Below are positions 19,941 to 30,523 of a DNA stretch of 64,000 nucleotides, one piece after another. A model generated the notes under the pieces. It had not been told where the DNA came from and did not search any database. It worked only from the letters and a program-made list of their open reading frames with translations. The position numbers and the translations under genes are program-made. Origin of the DNA: Candidatus Babeliales bacterium (GTDB lineage Bacteria > Babelota > Babeliae > Babelales > JANWKD01); assembly GCA_963722255.1 (NCBI GenBank), contig CAVRJO010000002.1, positions 192,001 through 256,000 on the forward strand. The letters run 5' to 3'. Each line of letters begins with the position of its first letter. The first letter of the stretch is position 1.

Positions 19941-20354
19941 TTATTGAATAGGAGTAAGAATTTTTATCATTAAAGCATAATAGCTTGAAATATTTGGATA
20001 AATATCTCTTACCTGAGCAGCATTGTAATTATGCGTTGTCTTATTTCTATCTTCCAACATTGCCAAAAGCACAAACCCTTCCGATTCCGTACATAATTCT
20101 TTTTCTACGCACATACGAAAAACTGAACGAGGACTATTTACATCTTCAATATTAAATTTTTTTTCAAAATATAATTTAAGAAATTTCCAAAAACTTTCAT
20201 AGCAATATTCAAACCGTTGTATGGTAGAATCTTGTGCTGCTAAAATAAGTCTGTTATTACCAAGATCAACGGCCTCTTCTTCTGCAATAAATGAATCTGC
20301 TAAAGTTGCTAAAGCATTCGTTAATAAACTTCGGCTTAATGTTAATTTTTCCAT
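19941..20354 (-). CDS. HEPN (HI0074/nucleotidyltransferase substrate-binding family) RNase toxin
   Basis: DSTIQRFEYCYE..WK, SPRSVFR, RNKTTHNY (RxxxxH); overlaps the MNT gene. Confidence 0.9.
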   Translation of the reverse strand: MEKLTLSRSLLTNALATLADSFIAEEEAVDLGNNRLILAAQDSTIQRFEYCYESFWKFLKLYFEKKFNIEDVNSPRSVFRMCVEKELCTESEGFVLLAMLEDRNKTTHNYNAAQVRDIYPNISSYYALMIKILTPIQ

Positions 20355-20653
20355 TCAATTCCTTCTTCTTGAATTGTTTTTCTAAATTCTTCCGGAATTG
20401 CATGCATATCAACTAAATCAATAAAAACTGGAATAACTAAATGCTCTAACGTAACCCGTGCTCTTTCCATCTCTCCAAATGCAATTTGCTTGCCATAATC
20501 AACTGCAATATCAATATCGGCACCGGGTCTATTGGTTCCTCGTGCTCGTGAGCCGAAAAGATAAATTTTTGCACCGGGAAAATGATAGTCCATAGCTCGC
20601 ATTATCATAGTCTTGTAATCCAGATTAATATTTTCTGCCATCGCATTTCTCAA
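20342..20653 (-). CDS. Minimal nucleotidyltransferase (MNT) antitoxin
   Basis: IYLFGSRARG...ADIDIAV...IDLVD. Confidence 0.9.
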   Translation of the reverse strand: MRNAMAENINLDYKTMIMRAMDYHFPGAKIYLFGSRARGTNRPGADIDIAVDYGKQIAFGEMERARVTLEHLVIPVFIDLVDMHAIPEEFRKTIQEEGIEWKN

Positions 20654-20789
20654 ATAGATATAAGTAAATTTTTACATCAAAAATAATAACAAGAACAATA
20701 CACTTTTGTAAAACAATCAAAAAATCTATTTTATAGATTGTAATAAGAAGTTGTTTATAACCATGAACAACTTTTAAAAAACCACACTC

Positions 20790-21992
20790 TTATTTTAAAG
20801 TCAATTTCATACAGGTTGTACCAGGATAGGAAAAGTTTAAAATACTTTTATAATTCCATCCATGATCAATCATTTTTCGAGCACCCCATTGGCAAATTCC
20901 CAAATGATGGCCATATCCCTTACCTTCAATAACTATTTTTTTAAGCTTTTTTTTGAATAGAATAACAAAAGCTTTTTATTTTAGTGGTTAAAGAATAAAA
21001 CTGTTTTCCTGTTAATTTTGTTATTCCTTGAGCCCAGGATATGGTAACCTCTTCAACAGCACCGGCCTTGTCTTTTGCAGCATTTATTGACGTAATACCA
21101 TGGATCATAAAGCCTTTTTTCTGTAATAATTTTTCAAACTCGATGCAGTCAAGCTCACATTTCCATTCATAAATTTTACATGGCTTGCAAAAATCACATA
21201 CTTTAGTCCGAGCTAAATAAGGCGATTTTTTAAAATCTACGCCGGTCAAATGTGCAGGAATAATGCCCCCACAACAACTATCAAACATCGCATGAATCGG
21301 TTTCTTATTATAGGTAACAATAAGACCTTAGTTTGCTCTACTGCTTTTTCTAGAACTTCACTTTCGTGAAATCCATTATAGGTCTGATGAATATTAGTTT
21401 TTTTTATATGATACGGATTTTTATTACCACTTTCCAATACCTTTGCAATTACGTAAGTTCGCGAAGCGATGGCAAAAACTTTATTAACCTCAAGAGGCCA
21501 ACCGGGCCAACTTTCTGATCGTAAAACAGAATAAACATAATCTTCGAGTTCAAGCTGATTGATAAGCATACAGGAATCATTTTGAATAAGACAAATAAAA
21601 GAACCTTGATATACATTATTAGAAAAGCCCAGATGCCCTTCAATAGGCTCAATTCTTATGCTCTTTTCTTCCAAGCGTTGGCCATTAATATACCAATTTC
21701 CCTGCTTCATACAAAGCATGGTAGTAGTATGCTTAGAATATCGTTTTTTTCTATGATTGGTAGCATCATAAATCATTACACCTTTTTGCGCGTATATAGA
21801 CCACTGAGTTGAACCTTTTTTTTCATCAAGTAGTACACGTACCTTAAACTGCTTTGGGTTTTCTACAAAAGGTCCTGGATTTTCTTGCTCTTTTATAAGC
21901 GTCGACATTTTAACAGATCGCGCATCACACAAAGCGCCGAATAGACAGTTAAAAATGCATAAACAGTAGACAAGATTATAAAGAAATGTCAT
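20790..21992 (-). CDS. SpoIID/LytB-domain lytic transglycosylase (two apparent frameshifts)
   Basis: INQLELEDYVYSVL.SE, AIASRTY, HQTYNG, MFDSCCGG, and GKGYGHHLGICQWGA read in a third frame to stop at 20790. Confidence 0.85.
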
Positions 21993-22494
21993 GAGCGGAA
22001 AGAAACTTAATAAATTCTTGAGGAACTTTCACTTTTTTATCAATACCTGCATTAGCCAATTCATCAGCTAAACCATTATACTCCCGCAAAATATGACAAA
22101 AAGAATATTTTATTTGATCAAGAAGAACAAATGCTAAATCAAAAAGTTTTTTTAACTCTATGCTTTTAATTTTATATTCACCCTTCATATGCTTCACTAA
22201 CAGTTCAGAATCGGAAAAAACATATAACGTATCATCTTTTCCTATGTGCTTTTTAGCATAAAAGATGCCCAGTAATAAAGCCATATATTCAGCTTGGTTA
22301 TTTGTTTTAATACCTAAATAAAATCCTTTTTTATAGATTTGATCCTCATCTTTTGAAAGATAAATACCCGCTCCCGCTTGCCCTGGATTTTTGCGTGAAG
22401 CTCCATCGATAAAAAGTTTCCATGCGATTCCGCCTTTTTTAGTAGTGAGATGAGCCGGGATACATTCTTCAAAAAAATTGAGCTGTTTCATCAT
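21976..22494 (-). CDS. rnhA: Ribonuclease HI
   Basis: FIDGASRKNPGQAGAG, TNNQAEY, SDSELLV, REYNGLADELAN. Confidence 0.93.
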   Translation of the reverse strand: MMKQLNFFEECIPAHLTTKKGGIAWKLFIDGASRKNPGQAGAGIYLSKDEDQIYKKGFYLGIKTNNQAEYMALLLGIFYAKKHIGKDDTLYVFSDSELLVKHMKGEYKIKSIELKKLFDLAFVLLDQIKYSFCHILREYNGLADELANAGIDKKVKVPQEFIKFLSAHDISL

Positions 22495-23196
22495 TATTCC
22501 ATATATAGAAAACGATAGCATTCTTTACACTGTAACAATGCATGTTTTTTTAACCGAGCAATATCTTGTTGTGTTATAGAATAAAAGCAGGCAGAACAAC
22601 AGTTATTAATGACAGGAACCACCGGGTTAGGAACAGACTTTCTCATAACGGCATACTTTTCAAGCCATTCTTGAGGAATACCTACCTCTAATTCTGCTCT
22701 TTGTATATGTCGTTCAGAGATTTTTTGAATAAGATCTTTTTTTTGTGTTACCGAAGTAACGATTAAGCTTTCTAAATCTACGAGCTCGCTTTTCCAATTC
22801 TGCTTTAGTTATAAGATAACTACGAGTAGTGGATTCAAGCACATTCCATGCCTCTAAAAGCCCTTCCTCTAATTCGTATTGCTTTTTTTTCAATGCATCG
22901 ATTTCTTGAGAAGCAGATTGATATTCGCGCTGATTGACAATACGCTCAAAAAGATCTCTTTTTATCTTAATTTTTGCATCGAGATCTTTCATCTCAAACT
23001 CTTTTTCATCAACCTTTTTTTTGCACGATGCAACAAGCATTTTAGCATGCTCAAGCTGATCCTCGACACGAAAAACCTCATTTTGAAATTCATTAATATC
23101 TTTTTCTAGCCGATCATTATCACGCTCTAAAGCATTTGTTGTTTGATCAAATGCCACAAGATTAACAAATTTTTGAAAAGGAAACTCAGTCATCAA
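22494..23196 (-). CDS. Coiled-coil + C4 zinc-ribbon protein (HP0958/CT398-like), one apparent frameshift
   Basis: Long coiled coil with NQREYQSA..EI; downstream frame gives VVPVINNCCSACF...QCKECYRFLY; typical position upstream of rnhA. Confidence 0.8.
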
Positions 23197-23235
23197 GGTT
23201 TTCTACCTCCGCTTTGCTTATTATTTTAGCATTTA

Positions 23236-23371
23236 GTCCATTCTTCGCTTTTAGAGAAAAACATAGAAGTATACTAAAGCTACGAAGGACAACCTTCTTC
23301 CTTTTACTGCCAATAGCCAACCGTAGCCATAGGTCTACTTCATAGTAATAACCTTCGTAGGCGAAGATTGG
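23236..23371. repeat. Two CGTAG/CGAAG palindromic repeat units next to the tRNA-Ile2 3' end
   Basis: 23317-23371 CCAAC-CGTAG-CC...GG-CGAAG-ATTGG; 23236-23290 on the - strand GTCCTT-CGTAG-CTTTAG...AG-CGAAG-AATGGAC. Confidence 0.55.
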
Positions 23372-23445
23372 TGGGCCCACCAGGACTTGAACCTGGGACC
23401 TCTCGGTTATGAGCCGATTGCTCTGACCAACTGAGCTATGGGCCC
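23369..23445 (-). tRNA. tRNA with CAT anticodon, most likely tRNA-Ile2 (lysidine-modified)
   Basis: GGGCCCA acceptor stem (G1-C72, G3-C70, unlike fMet or elongator Met), TAGCTCAG, anticodon loop CTCATAA, GGTTCAAGTCC, encoded CCA. Confidence 0.9.
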
Positions 23446-23629
23446 ACTTTTAAGAAGAATAGCACAGGAAATACCTTATGCTAAAAACTTGTCCTTAGTG
23501 TAAATCAAATTATTTCGCTTGTGAAGAGCAAATAAGATAAAAAAGCGCCTTTTGACGAATTTCATAATTTTCTTTAAGCTTAGTATACTTAGTTCAAATA
23601 TAGTTGTATTTAATTTTTTAAGGAGTCCT

Positions 23630-24218
23630 ATGAAAAAAATAGTTATTTTTTCCCTTTTAATTTCTATTACTGCTTTAGCCTATGCAGCTGGTCCACAACC
23701 CAAAGTAAATGCCGAGCAGGCCCAACAACAATTGCAATACCGAATGACCGCTTTTAGCATAATTCAAGTAGAACGTATGGTAGCCCAAATTGAGAAGACT
23801 TGAGACCAAACGAGAAAATTTAACGAAACAGATTACACCTGAAATAAAAATGAAAATGGAAGAAGAAGCTGAAGAATTGCTCTCCACTATGCATAATGAA
23901 ATGGCAAATGATCTAAAAGAATATGGTGAGTTCATTTTAGGTCTTGATCTCAAAAAGACCTTAGCAGAATGTGAAACAGAACTTAAAACCAATAAAACTA
24001 AAACTTCGTGTAATAAATTTGAAGAACAAAACAAATTCGCAGAAATGATTGAAAGAAACTTGGCCAATAGAACAACCGCACGTTTATCTGTAGCTACTAC
24101 CAAAGTAGAAGAACATTTAAAGAGCAAATATCCTAATAACTATCACACCTATAAAAAATTAAAAGATGTTGAGCAAAAAATCGATAGCGTTCTCAAAAAT
24201 ATGGCTAAAAATCAATAA
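23630..24218 (+). CDS. Secreted helical hypothetical protein (one apparent frameshift near 23795)
   Basis: AAGGAG SD; signal peptide MKKIVIFSLLISITALAYA; overlapping ORFs 23552-23803 and 23790-24218. Confidence 0.6.
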
Positions 24219-24228
24219 GAGCAATTGT

Positions 24229-24266
24229 AAAAAAAGCTGATTGTTACGTAACAATCAGCTTTTTTT
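24229..24266. terminator. Bidirectional terminator (perfect palindrome) between convergent genes
   Basis: A7-GCTGATTGTTAC|GTAACAATCAGC-T7. Confidence 0.8.
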
Positions 24267-25276
24267 TATATACTATTCAACAAAAAATCCTTGAGCCTTT
24301 GGCTGTATCCCCATTCATTATCATACCAACCAAAAACCTTTGCCATCGTTCCCTGCACTGAAGTAAGCGATTCATCAATAATCACTGAGCTCTTATTACC
24401 TTTAAAATCGGAAGAAACTAAGGCTTCTTTAGTGGTTGTAAGAATACCTTCTAAAGCATCAGATTTTGCCGCCTGTTCAAAAGCCTTATTAATTATTTGG
24501 ATAGTAACGTTATTTTTTAACCTAACAACCAAATCAATAAGTGAAACTTTATCAAGGGGAACACGTAAAGAAACACCAACAATTTTATCACCCAATTCAG
24601 GCATAACTTTTCCAACAGTCTTACTTGCGCCGGTTGACGTTGGAATACAGTTAATTGCCGCAGCGCGAGCTCGGCGAGGATCATGATCGTTTACGTCAAG
24701 AAGCACTTGCGAATTGGTGTATGCATGCACCGTTGTCATAAACCCTTGTTGAATCTCAAAAGCATCATGTAAAACTTTAAGCATAGGAACTACGGCATTG
24801 GTTGTACAACTTCCCAAAGAAACAATTTTGTGCTTAGAAGAGTCAAATGCTGCATCGTTCACGCCGGGAATAATGGTTACATCATCGCCATGAGCAGGTG
24901 CAGAAATTAGAACAGCCTTTGCTCCACTTGCAAGGTGTTGTTCTGCTTGCTGGCGATGAGTATATTTACCGGAACAGTCAACAACCCAATCAATGGCTAA
25001 TAATTTCCAGGGCAGTTTATCGGCATTTGATTCTGCAAAAATTTGTATAGAGAGATCATCAATATGCAATATATCACCAACTAAATGCACATTTCCAGTA
25101 TATGTTCCTAGTAAAGAATCATAGATAAACTGATGGGCAACATATTCTTTTGGAGAAGGTCCAATATTAACAGCAACAATGGTTATCTTTTTTAAAGCTT
25201 TTTTATCTTCAACAAGCGCACGTAAAAAATTTTTACCAATACGACCCATTCCATTAAGTGCAATACGCATTACCAC
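24266..25276 (-). CDS. gap: Glyceraldehyde-3-phosphate dehydrogenase (type I)
   Basis: IALNGMGRIG, SLGSCTTN, TTVHAYT, IPTSTGA, WYDNEWGYS. Confidence 0.96.
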   Translation of the reverse strand: MVMRIALNGMGRIGKNFLRALVEDKKALKKITIVAVNIGPSPKEYVAHQFIYDSLLGTYTGNVHLVGDILHIDDLSIQIFAESNADKLPWKLLAIDWVVDCSGKYTHRQQAEQHLASGAKAVLISAPAHGDDVTIIPGVNDAAFDSSKHKIVSLGSCTTNAVVPMLKVLHDAFEIQQGFMTTVHAYTNSQVLLDVNDHDPRRARAAAINCIPTSTGASKTVGKVMPELGDKIVGVSLRVPLDKVSLIDLVVRLKNNVTIQIINKAFEQAAKSDALEGILTTTKEALVSSDFKGNKSSVIIDESLTSVQGTMAKVFGWYDNEWGYSQRLKDFLLNSI

Positions 25277-25288
25277 TCCTTATTTTTT

Positions 25289-26122
25289 TTATTGATTAGC
25301 TCTCCAACTACGAACATCCATTACAACTTTTTTTAAATCGTCTTCACTTAAATTTGGTACTTCAACTATACAAGGAATATGTTTCAAGCGAATATCACAA
25401 ATAAATGCCTTCAAAGCGTCCCTTCCAATTAACCCTTCGCCTGGAATTGCATGGCGATCACGATGTAAGCCTAATTTTTCTTGAGAATCATTGAGATGAA
25501 GCAAAGCAACCGAATCAATACCTAGAGTTTCTTCTAAAAATTCTATAAATCTTTTCTGCTCATTCATATCAGCAATATTATAACCAAAACTAAATGCATG
25601 TGCAGTATCAATACAAAATTTAACTTTTTCAGGCTTGTCCAATTTAGATCGTATAACTGCTAATTCACTAATTTCACCGCCTATAGATCTATTTCCAAAA
25701 GCAACATTTTCTAGTAATAGAGTAGGATAATTGCCCTTTTTTAAAACATGATTTATTTTTTTTGCTATTGCATCAATACCTTGTTCCCGCGTATTTCCAG
25801 CTTCAATAGAGCCAGGATGAATCACCAAGTAACCTGATTCTAATCTATTTGCTAGTTCTAATTCTTTTTTTAAAAAGTAACAACTATTTTGGCTATGTAA
25901 CGTAGATGCTAAATTTATTTTATAAGAACCATGTATATACAGATCAATATCCTTTTTATGTTGTATAAATCGCTTATACACATCATGAGAAAAAGTAATA
26001 TAGTTTCCTGTTTCATGAAAGGTTAAAAAAGATTGAAATGCTGTCAATTCAAGCCTTTTAACGTGCATGATAAGATCGTCTAATGTTGTTATTAACCGTA
26101 CATTTAACCCCACATTTTCCAT
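25289..26122 (-). CDS. nfo: Endonuclease IV (AP endonuclease 2 family)
   Basis: IHGSYKINLAS, VIHPGS, LLENVA, CIDTAHAF, HLNDS, RDRHA. Confidence 0.9.
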   Translation of the reverse strand: MENVGLNVRLITTLDDLIMHVKRLELTAFQSFLTFHETGNYITFSHDVYKRFIQHKKDIDLYIHGSYKINLASTLHSQNSCYFLKKELELANRLESGYLVIHPGSIEAGNTREQGIDAIAKKINHVLKKGNYPTLLLENVAFGNRSIGGEISELAVIRSKLDKPEKVKFCIDTAHAFSFGYNIADMNEQKRFIEFLEETLGIDSVALLHLNDSQEKLGLHRDRHAIPGEGLIGRDALKAFICDIRLKHIPCIVEVPNLSEDDLKKVVMDVRSWRANQ

Positions 26123-26131
26123 ATATACCCC

Positions 26132-27554
26132 TCAGCGCAACTCTTGTAAAAGATCTTGAGCAATATATGGCTTTAAAATCTCAGCAAATTCATGCTTTAT
26201 ACGGTTTAATCCATGAATAGTATCTGATTCAAATCTCAGGCATACAACCGGCTGAGTATTTGAAGGACGAACCATACCCCATCCATCAGGCATAATCACA
26301 CGGATACCATCGAGTGTCATAAACTGTACATCAGGTTTTGAACTATAAGCAGTTTGAACATGATCTACAATTGCAAGCATATCGCTTTCTTTGCAAGCAA
26401 ATCGTAGTTCAGGAGTAATAAATTTTTTAGGAAAATGTTCAAGAAGCTTTTGCAAGGATTTTTCTGTCTTTTGCAAAAGCTCAAAAAGACGCAACATAGC
26501 ATAAATACCATCATCAAAACCAAAATAGCGATCCTTAAAGAAGAAATGACAACTTAATTCACCTGCTAAAATAGCACCATTTTTCTTCATCTGATCTTTA
26601 ATAATTGAGTGTCCGGAAGGTGACATACAAGGATTTGCTTGCAAAGAATTAAGGACTTCCGTAAGACCAGATGAACATTTGGTGTCATATACAACCGTAG
26701 CTTTTGGGTTCTCATTAAGAACCGATTCAGCAAAAACAGCAAGCAGTTTATCTCCCAGAATAAGTTCTCCATCATGAGTCATCGGAGCCATTCTATCACA
26801 ATCACCATCAAGCCCAATGCCATATGCATTATCGGTAGCAATCAAAATTTTTTTCAGAGCTTCCATATTTTTTTCAACAATAGGATCAGCTTCATGATTA
26901 GGATAGGTGCCATCGATTTCTGCAAAAAGCAGCTTAACATGCGGCCACTGCATTTCTTTAATCAACTGAGGTAATACTGAACCTGCTGCACCATTTGCAC
27001 AATCGATTATAACCTCATCCTTCATGCCATACAAGATGGGCAAAATGAACTTTCATCCAGCCTATATATTCATGAATAATCTCTTTTTTTTCAAAAATAC
27101 CTTTTTTGGGTGCCACAATAGCCTTTTTTTGGGTAAAAAGCTTTTTAATCTCCTGTATCTGACCACCCCACACAGATTCTTTATTAAAGCAGATTTTAAA
27201 GCCATTATATTCTTTGGTATTATGAGAAGCTGTAATCATAACCCCAGCCCCTACATCCAGGTTAAAAAGAGAAAAATAGAGGACTGGTGTTGGGCACAAT
27301 CCAATAAAGGTGACATTAAGACCACTATCTAAGAATGCTCTGCATAAATGTTCCTGTATTACAGGTGAATGCGTTCGACCGTCCATTCCTACAGCTATAT
27401 TAGAAATCAGGGGATTTTTTTGAATAAAATAGGTAGCCATAGCACAACCTAGATCATAAACCTGATCAAGAGCAAGCTCAGAACCTACTTTACCACGAAT
27501 ATCATATTGTCGAAAAATTGAATCTACCACAAACACTCCTTGGTAATAATACAT
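26132..27554 (-). CDS. Phosphomannomutase/phosphoglucomutase (one apparent frameshift ~27030)
   Basis: IFRQYDIRG, ITASHN, DGDCDR, GELSCH, VRPSNT across ORFs 27015-27554 and 26132-27043. Confidence 0.9.
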
Positions 27555-27694
27555 ATATATTCTAAGTCTATACTAAGCGTAAAAAAAATTCTAAAGGTCC
27601 TTAAGAATTACAGAGATATCTTGAGGTGCTCAGATAAGCATGCTACACTGTCCCCTGGTAAACTCTTAACCTCCGCTATGGTGTTCAATACCCT

Positions 27695-30408
27695 ATGATT
27701 CCGTTAAAACTTCAACTTAAAAATTTTTTGAGTTATGGCGCTACTCTTCAAACGATAGATTTTTCACCTTACCATTTAATCTGTTTAAGTGGCAAAAATG
27801 GGCATGGGAAATCTGCTCTTCTGGATGCCATTACCTGGGCAATTTGGGGTCAAGCACGCAAAATTTCCGGTGTTGCTAAGGCAGATAACCATTTATTGCG
27901 TCTTGGCCAACAACAGATGCTTGTTATACTCGATTTTGAATTTAACCAACAAGTATATAGAATCCGTAGAGAATTTGCCCTGACTCATGGTAAACAATAT
28001 GCTTCTTTAGATTTTGCGCTTATTGAATCGGAAAAAACCGTTTCCTTAACCAATAAAACGATACGTGAAACACAGGCCACCATTGAAGCTACGCTTGGCC
28101 TGGATTTTGAATCATTTATTAATTCTGCTTTTTTACGGCAAGGACAATCGAATGAATTTTCAAAAAAATCTCCTAAAGAACGTAAAGATATTCTAGGAAC
28201 GATTTTGGGATTAAACCATTATGAACTCTTAAAAAAAAGGCGCTTGATAAGGTTAAGAGCGCAACGGCAGAAACTCTACATATAGCAAAATTTCATGAAA
28301 AACTTAAGCAAGAACTTCTTCGATTACCTGAACTTACAACCACCTTGCTGACGGTCAATCAATCAATAGCTATCCTTGAAGAGCATGAAAAACTTTGTAT
28401 AACACAAAAAGCAACATTAGTTGATAAAAAAAATCAGCTTTTGGTTGAAAAAAATCAACAAGCACTTATTACCTTGCAGATCAAGCAAAAAGAAGAAGAA
28501 ATTGCACAACTCAAAATAAAACTTCAAGAAGAGTATACGCAATGGCGATACCTCCATAAAAAATATCTACACTATTCTCCTTCCAGCGATCACGAAAAGG
28601 AAAAACAAGATCTTATAAACAAAATTACACAACATCAAAACGAGCAACAAAAGTTTCTTCTCCTAAAAGAAAAACAGTTAAATCTAAAACAACAAGAACA
28701 AGAACTCATAGCAAAGATAAAAATTGAACATACAAAAAAAGTTCAGGAATCCTACAACGCCCTTACCCAAATTCAGCATGAACTCTCTCATAGAAAAAAC
28801 CAATTAGAAAGCTTGGAAAAGCAAAAAAGTAAGATTGCTACTGAATCGCAAATAAGAGAAGCAACACGTAAAATGCTCGAAACATTCCTTGAATCTTTAA
28901 AATTCATAAAAGCTCAGCTACAAGCTGAAGAACTACTTTTTGATAAAAGAAGAATGCTCTATTCACAATGGGGTGCCGAAATAAATAGTGTTACCATCGA
29001 AATGAAACAACTTCAGCAAAAGCAAAATCTAACTTCTGACGAAACAAATCCTAGTTGCCCACTTTGTGAACAAACTCTTTCGTCATCAAGAAAAAAATAT
29101 TTAAAAAACCATTTTCTTCAAAAAGAAGATTTCCTCAACCATCGTTTAGTGCGCCTAAAAACATTAATTGGTTCATTAAAACAACTTCTTGTTGAGCAAA
29201 ACGAAAACCTTGAAAAGATTAAAAAAAAAGTAGAAGAATATAAAACTGCTGAAATCAAATATAGTGAACTCATGAATCAGGCAGAAAAAACGGAAGCCGA
29301 ACTTGAAGAATACAACAAAAATCATGCCTGCATTCAAAAAGAAATACAGACTCTTGAAATCAAACTTCAGGAACAACAAACTGCACATGAACAGGTAAAT
29401 GCCAATGAAAAAAAGCTCTTAATTCACAATAAAGAGTATATATTCCTGGCCTCTGAACTTAAAAAAATTAGTGATGAACTTTCTATCGCCAGCTACAATG
29501 AAGAATATTTTATAGCACTGCGTAATCAATTAACAACCCTTGAAGAAGTTGTGCTCCAAGCCAAATGTATTGAACAAGAATTAGCCAAAAAGAAGATCCT
29601 GGCAAATACCATTGCTGAACAATGCAGAATAATAAAAAATACGAAGCTTATGCGTAACGAGCTCAATGCAAAAAATGCTCAGTATGAATCTCTTGAAGAT
29701 CAAATACAACAACTATACACTCTTGAATCAACCATAGATCAAACGGCACAAAAATATCAAAAGGAAAAGGAACTCTTATTGCAACAAAGAGGCGGCCTTG
29801 AAAAAGAACGAATGACGCTTGTACAGTATGAAACAGAGTTCAAATTTCAAGAAAAAAAGATTCAAGAGCTACAAGAAGTTGCATTTGATTATCAAACTAT
29901 TGCAAATGCTTTAGGAAAGGATGGTATTCAAGCACTCATTATTGAAGAATCGTTACCTGAAATTGAACAGGAAGCTAATGATCTTTTAGGGCAATTAACC
30001 GATAATCAAGCACATATTATCATCGAATCGTTACGTGACCTAAAAAAGGGCGGGACAAAAGAGACGCTTGATATAAAAATTTCCGATTCAATCGGAATAC
30101 GACCTTATGAACTTTTTTCAGGTGGCGAGGCATTTCGCATAGATTTTGCATTACGCTTGGCAATCTCAAAGCTTCTTGCTCGAAGAGCTGGAACATCACT
30201 TCAAACACTGATTATTGATGAAGGATTTGGGTCACAAGATGAAGATGGATTGATTCATATCATGGATGCTTTATATAAAATTCAAAATAGCTTTTGCAAA
30301 ATAATTATTGTCTCACATCTACCATCTATGAAAGATCAGTTTCCGGTACATTTTTTTGTTGAAAAAGGTACACAAGGGAGTAGTTTACGGGTTATTGAAC
30401 AGGGATAA
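27695..30408 (+). CDS. sbcC: SbcC/Rad50-type SMC ATPase (apparent frameshift at A-run ~28230-28238)
   Basis: Walker A GKNGHGKS, Q-loop LRQGQ, zinc hook CPLC, signature FSGGE, Walker B IIDEGFGSQD, VSH. Confidence 0.92.
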
Positions 30409-30523
30409 GAATAGATTTTAACATCTAAAATCATCCGGCTACAAAACAAAATACAAGTCATTGACTTTTATCCTACTTTTGAGATCATTGAGCGAATCAT
30501 TTAATTTCAGCAGGAGAAAGCTT

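Noticed and set aside
23186..23380. 64-aa ORF on the - strand
   Set aside because: Overlaps the tRNA end and the palindromic repeats; spurious.
20790..30408. Pseudogene status for spoIID-like, zinc-ribbon, pgm and sbcC genes
   Set aside because: Isolated 1-nt indels, several in homopolymers, in otherwise intact genes within an assembly that is demonstrably indel-prone.
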